From a virus (taxonomy: Duplodnaviria > Caudoviricetes): 27,595 nt of DNA. The stretch lies in the IMG/VR virus record IMGVR_UViG_3300033412_000498, positions 1 through 27,595 of that record; one strand, written 5' to 3'. The translations under genes and the position numbers were made by a program. The notes under the pieces are model-generated. The model saw only the letters and a list, made by a program, of their open reading frames with translations, made no database searches and was not told the DNA's origin. Below, one piece after another: positions 24,922-27,595 of the stretch (position 1 is the stretch's first letter; each line of letters opens with the position of its first letter).

Positions 24922-26316
24922 CTAGTAGACGGCGACCCCGGCCCCGTCGTCGTGTTCGAGCGACCAGAGGGCGGCCGTGGCGGCGATGAGTTGGGTGGGC
25001 GGGGTGGCCGTCTTCCTCGACCACACCCAGCCCGAGCCGGTCGGGGCCGAGGTGGCCGCCACGGCGTCGGCGACGAGGGCCGGCACGGCCGCGAACGTGA
25101 CGGTGCCCTCGGCCACCCGCTGGGCGAGGTTGGCGCAGGCCGAGGGATAGTCCCCGTACTTCATCGGGAGGAGCTCGACGTCGTGGTCACGGGCGGCCCG
25201 CTCCATCAGGTCGAGGATGTTGCCCCGGGCGTCGTAGGCCACCCCCCTTGGCTCGTAGGCGGACGAGATCTCACCGAGGCGGTCCGGGAGCCACCCGGCC
25301 CCCGGGCGGGCGTCGACGGGTACCAGGACGGCCCGACCGTCGTCGCCGTGGTAGGCCGCACACAGGGCGGCCCCCGAGCGATCCCACGCCGCGTCCACTC
25401 CCCACCCGATCGGCCGGCCGTCGGTGGGCGGGGGTGGCACCGGCACGGTGAGCCGGTTCACCGCCTCCTCGTCGAGCACCGTCTCGGCCGCCGTCTCCGA
25501 CCACACGCCGAGTCGCTCCCGCATGAACGAGCGTCGGCTCATCGAGACCAACTCCCGCTCGACCCCGTCAGCGAACAACCGACGGCCATAGGCGGGGTTG
25601 GTCGCGGCGTGGATGCGCGGGTCGCGGTGGTCGACCGTCTCGTCGGCGTGCCACTCCCAGTACGCCATCCGATCGGCCCGTCCACTGTGGCCACGGCGAC
25701 GCAGGCCGAGGAGTACCTCAGATTCGTACGTGCCGGCCGAGGAGAGGTACCACACCTGAGGGTTAGGCCGGGCCGCCACCGAGGGAATGAGGGCGGCCAT
25801 AACGTCGGCCGAGAGGGCGAACGCCTCGTCGAGGAGGATGCAGTCGGGCGAGAAACCACGGCCCGAGGTGCGGGTGCGGGCCATCATTTTGAACCGGGCC
25901 CCGTTGTGGAACTCGATCACCTCGCCGCCGGCCATCGTCCTGATGCGACGGACGTGGCGGGCCATCGCGTCGGACTCGCACACGTCGCGCATGAGACGCC
26001 ACGTCTCCTGGGCGGTGCGGTACTCGTGGGCCGAGTAGATGACCAACTGCTCGCCCCAGAGGAGGATGCCGGCGAGGGCCCGGATGACGACGAGGTAGCT
26101 CTTGCCGTTCTGCCGGGGCACGATGGCGCACACCTCGAACGCCGACCACTTGGAACCCCGGGTGCGGGCCGCCTCGGTGACGACCTCGCCCTGCCACGGG
26201 TCGAGGGGGAACGAGAGGGCGTCGGCGAGGACCAGGGCGTCACGGTCGACCCGCCCCGAGGGGAGGACTCTCGTGGTGGCCCGTTGCGAGCCGAGGAGCT
26301 CAACCGTGCCGGGCAC
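24922..26316 (-). CDS. terL: Terminase large subunit (start approximate)
   Basis: LDPWQ, IVPRQNGKS (Walker A), ILLDEA (Walker B), YLSSAG, ATNPA, RERLG, WGVD nuclease domain. Confidence 0.95.
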   Translation of the reverse strand: MPGTVELLGSQRATTRVLPSGRVDRDALVLADALSFPLDPWQGEVVTEAARTRGSKWSAFEVCAIVPRQNGKSYLVVIRALAGILLWGEQLVIYSAHEYRTAQETWRLMRDVCESDAMARHVRRIRTMAGGEVIEFHNGARFKMMARTRTSGRGFSPDCILLDEAFALSADVMAALIPSVAARPNPQVWYLSSAGTYESEVLLGLRRRGHSGRADRMAYWEWHADETVDHRDPRIHAATNPAYGRRLFADGVERELVSMSRRSFMRERLGVWSETAAETVLDEEAVNRLTVPVPPPPTDGRPIGWGVDAAWDRSGAALCAAYHGDDGRAVLVPVDARPGAGWLPDRLGEISSAYEPRGVAYDARGNILDLMERAARDHDVELLPMKYGDYPSACANLAQRVAEGTVTFAAVPALVADAVAATSAPTGSGWVWSRKTATPPTQLIAATAALWSLEHDDGAGVAVY

Positions 26317-26560
26317 GGCGTCGCCGCCGGTCGAGGAGCTCATCGACGGCCCCAGGGGGCGGCCCAGAATCCACGCTCGCGGCCGAACGGGCCACCCGCC
26401 GTGCCTCGGCCCGGGCCGACTCGTCGAGGGCCTCCAGGCGGGCCACGGCGGCGAGGTAGGCCCGCACGAGCGGGAGGCGGTCCCTGAGGCGGGTCGCCTC
26501 GTTCACCTCGTGGCTCAACCGCCCCACGAGCCTCGCGAGCTCCTCGCGGTTACCGCTCAC
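26300..26560 (-). CDS. terS: Terminase small subunit
   Basis: Between HNH and terL; helical; ends VDELLDRRRRR as in actinophage small terminases; GTGA-coupled. Confidence 0.7.
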   Translation of the reverse strand: MSGNREELARLVGRLSHEVNEATRLRDRLPLVRAYLAAVARLEALDESARAEARRVARSAASVDSGPPPGAVDELLDRRRRRARHG

Positions 26561-26820
26561 CACGAGTCGGCCCGCCACGTCGAGGGCACCGGGCCGGCAC
26601 CCCGCTCGGAGTTGCACGACCGGTGGGCCGGCCGGCCGTTGCCGACCTCCCACCGCCTCGACGGGTCCACCGAGGTCGGGGTGAGGTGGTCGACGGTGTC
26701 GGCCCCGGGCCGCCCGCACAGGTGGCAGGTGCGGCCGTACGCCTCGAACACCGCCGCGTCGTAGGCGGCGACGTTGGGCCCGTTGACCGGGCGACCCTGA
26801 GGGGTGGCGGTGCGTCCCAT
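26557..26820 (-). CDS. HNH endonuclease (packaging-associated)
   Basis: CHLCG...DTVDH..P...N..PAHRSCNSERG; directly upstream of the terminase genes. Confidence 0.92.
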   Translation of the reverse strand: MGRTATPQGRPVNGPNVAAYDAAVFEAYGRTCHLCGRPGADTVDHLTPTSVDPSRRWEVGNGRPAHRSCNSERGAGPVPSTWRADSW

Positions 26821-26827
26821 GAGGACA

Positions 26828-26862
26828 AGGGTAGGCCCGCTGACTGGTCGACCAGTCAGACT
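26828..26862. promoter_or_regulatory. Divergent leaderless promoters around a perfect 20-bp palindrome
   Basis: CTGACTGGTCGACCAGTCAG (26840-26859); minus-strand TACCCT 7 nt before the HNH ATG; plus-strand CAGACT 6 nt before ATG 26869. Confidence 0.6.
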
Positions 26863-26868
26863 CTGAGG

Positions 26869-26964
26869 ATGGAGCTTCTACAGTGGGCGGTCATCCTCGT
26901 GGTGAGCCTCGCCGTCCTCATCGTCTGGGCGGACTCGGACGACCGGCGGCCGCCCCGGTCGTGA
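26869..26964 (+). CDS. 31-aa single-pass micropeptide
   Basis: MELLQWAVILVVSLAVLIVWADSDDRRPPRS. Confidence 0.55.
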   Translation: MELLQWAVILVVSLAVLIVWADSDDRRPPRS

Positions 26965-27039
26965 GTGAACCGTCCATTCACGTTCTTCACGCTCAGACTG
27001 ACGGTGGCTCGTTGGTCGCGGGCCACCCCCACCACACAA

Positions 27040-27110
27040 GGGCGGGGCCGGGGCGGGTGTCTTGGCAGATGCAACCCCGCGCGTGCCCCTCACGGGCCCC
27101 GGCCCCGCCC
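27040..27110. terminator. GC-rich inverted repeat (terminator or packaging-region structure)
   Basis: Perfect 15-bp GGGCGGGGCCGGGGC / GCCCCGGCCCCGCCC between convergent genes. Confidence 0.55.
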
Positions 27111-27168
27111 CCGGTAAGGGGAGGTGTCACCTCACGGTACGACCACAGAGGACGAGGCCACACCGGTA

Positions 27169-27188
27169 ACCCGCATTACGGTGCGTCG
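27169..27188. repeat. Direct repeat copy A (dif-like site)
   Basis: ACCCGCATTACGGTGCGTCG; 19/20 identical to 27418-27437. Confidence 0.8.
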
Positions 27189-27379
27189 GCTGGTCCGTCG
27201 TAGTACAGGTCCGGTCGCCTCACATTGCCAAGCTGATCACGCCCACACGCGGGGCAATACGGTGGCCCGCCATCTCGGTGTTGAACCAGTCGATGCTGGC
27301 CAGGGCACAGTTCATCGATGATGGCGTTCAGGTGATCCCGCGCGGCCTCGTAGCGCTGCTGGGCTTTGGCTAGGTCCAT
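27176..27379 (-). CDS. Small Cys/His protein in a repeat-flanked, lower-GC cassette
   Basis: MDLAKAQQRYEAARDHL...CPGQHRLVQHRDG.PPYCPACG...DAP; TAGTCT -10-like hexamer 5 nt before the ATG. Confidence 0.7.
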   Translation of the reverse strand: MDLAKAQQRYEAARDHLNAIIDELCPGQHRLVQHRDGGPPYCPACGRDQLGNVRRPDLYYDGPADAP

Positions 27380-27389
27380 ACCCAAGACT

Positions 27390-27439
27390 AACGACCGAGC
27401 ACATAAGCGGGCGTATGACCCGCATTATGGTGCGTCGTT
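27390..27439. repeat. Bulged hairpin containing direct repeat copy B (attC/dif-like)
   Basis: AACGAC-cga-GCAC-ATAA-GCGGG-loop-CCCGC-a-TTAT-g-GTGC-GTCGTT. Confidence 0.7.
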
Positions 27440-27586
27440 GAAAAGCCAGTCCATTACGTCGCGCTGCCACTCCGTGACCTTGACGTTCATGGCGGCTAAG
27501 AGCGCTTCAATCGTGTCCGACCTGGAAGGCGACCACCGCGCGGCGTCATCGTCGCGCTCCCAGTCATCATCATCGTCGTCATCCAT
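27425..27586 (-). CDS. 53-aa acidic hypothetical protein (may extend beyond the window)
   Basis: Manual ORF MDDDDDDDWERDDDAARWSPSRSDTIEALLAAMNVKVTEWQRDVMDWLFNDAP; its stop lies in repeat B. Confidence 0.55.
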   Translation of the reverse strand: MDDDDDDDWERDDDAARWSPSRSDTIEALLAAMNVKVTEWQRDVMDWLFNDAP

Positions 27587-27595
27587 GCGCTGATC

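Noticed and set aside
24952-26487. Long plus-strand ORFs antisense to real genes (also 17349..18308, 22970..24016, 13962..14630 and others)
   Set aside because: Shadow ORFs typical of high-GC DNA; R/G/P-rich, lacking motifs, opposite well-supported genes.

Overview
High-GC DNA that reads as most or all of a small temperate, siphovirus-like (HK97-fold, non-contractile tail) actinobacteriophage. The host is probably a filamentous actinomycete; this is inferred from GC content, an LPVTG sortase signal and the lysin type. Almost everything is on the minus strand. The late operon runs HNH, terS, terL, portal, protease, capsid, neck, major tail, tail chaperones, tape measure, tail tip and fibres (26820 to 12557). 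The early/middle operon runs Cas4-like nuclease, SSB-like protein, primase-helicase, resolvase, Zn-binding and membrane proteins, a mini-LPXTG protein and a lysin (9667 to 1). A large serine integrase lies on the plus strand in the middle, as expected for a free (attP) genome rather than an integrated prophage. No CI-like repressor, tRNA, rRNA or CRISPR array was recognised. The most unusual signals are: (1) a ~90-bp iteron/origin-like element present twice in inverted orientation around the replication genes; (2) a small gene at the right end bracketed by 20-bp direct repeats with Xer/dif-like TAA-N6-TTA geometry and an attC-like bulged hairpin; (3) a repressor-less, highly structured control region with a candidate attP overlapped by convergent promoters; (4) an Lsr2-like domain fused to two C2H2 zinc fingers; (5) a displaced lysis region with a signal-peptide-less LPXTG mini-protein and a membrane-anchored lysin. 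All calls are from manual motif reading; no searches were run.
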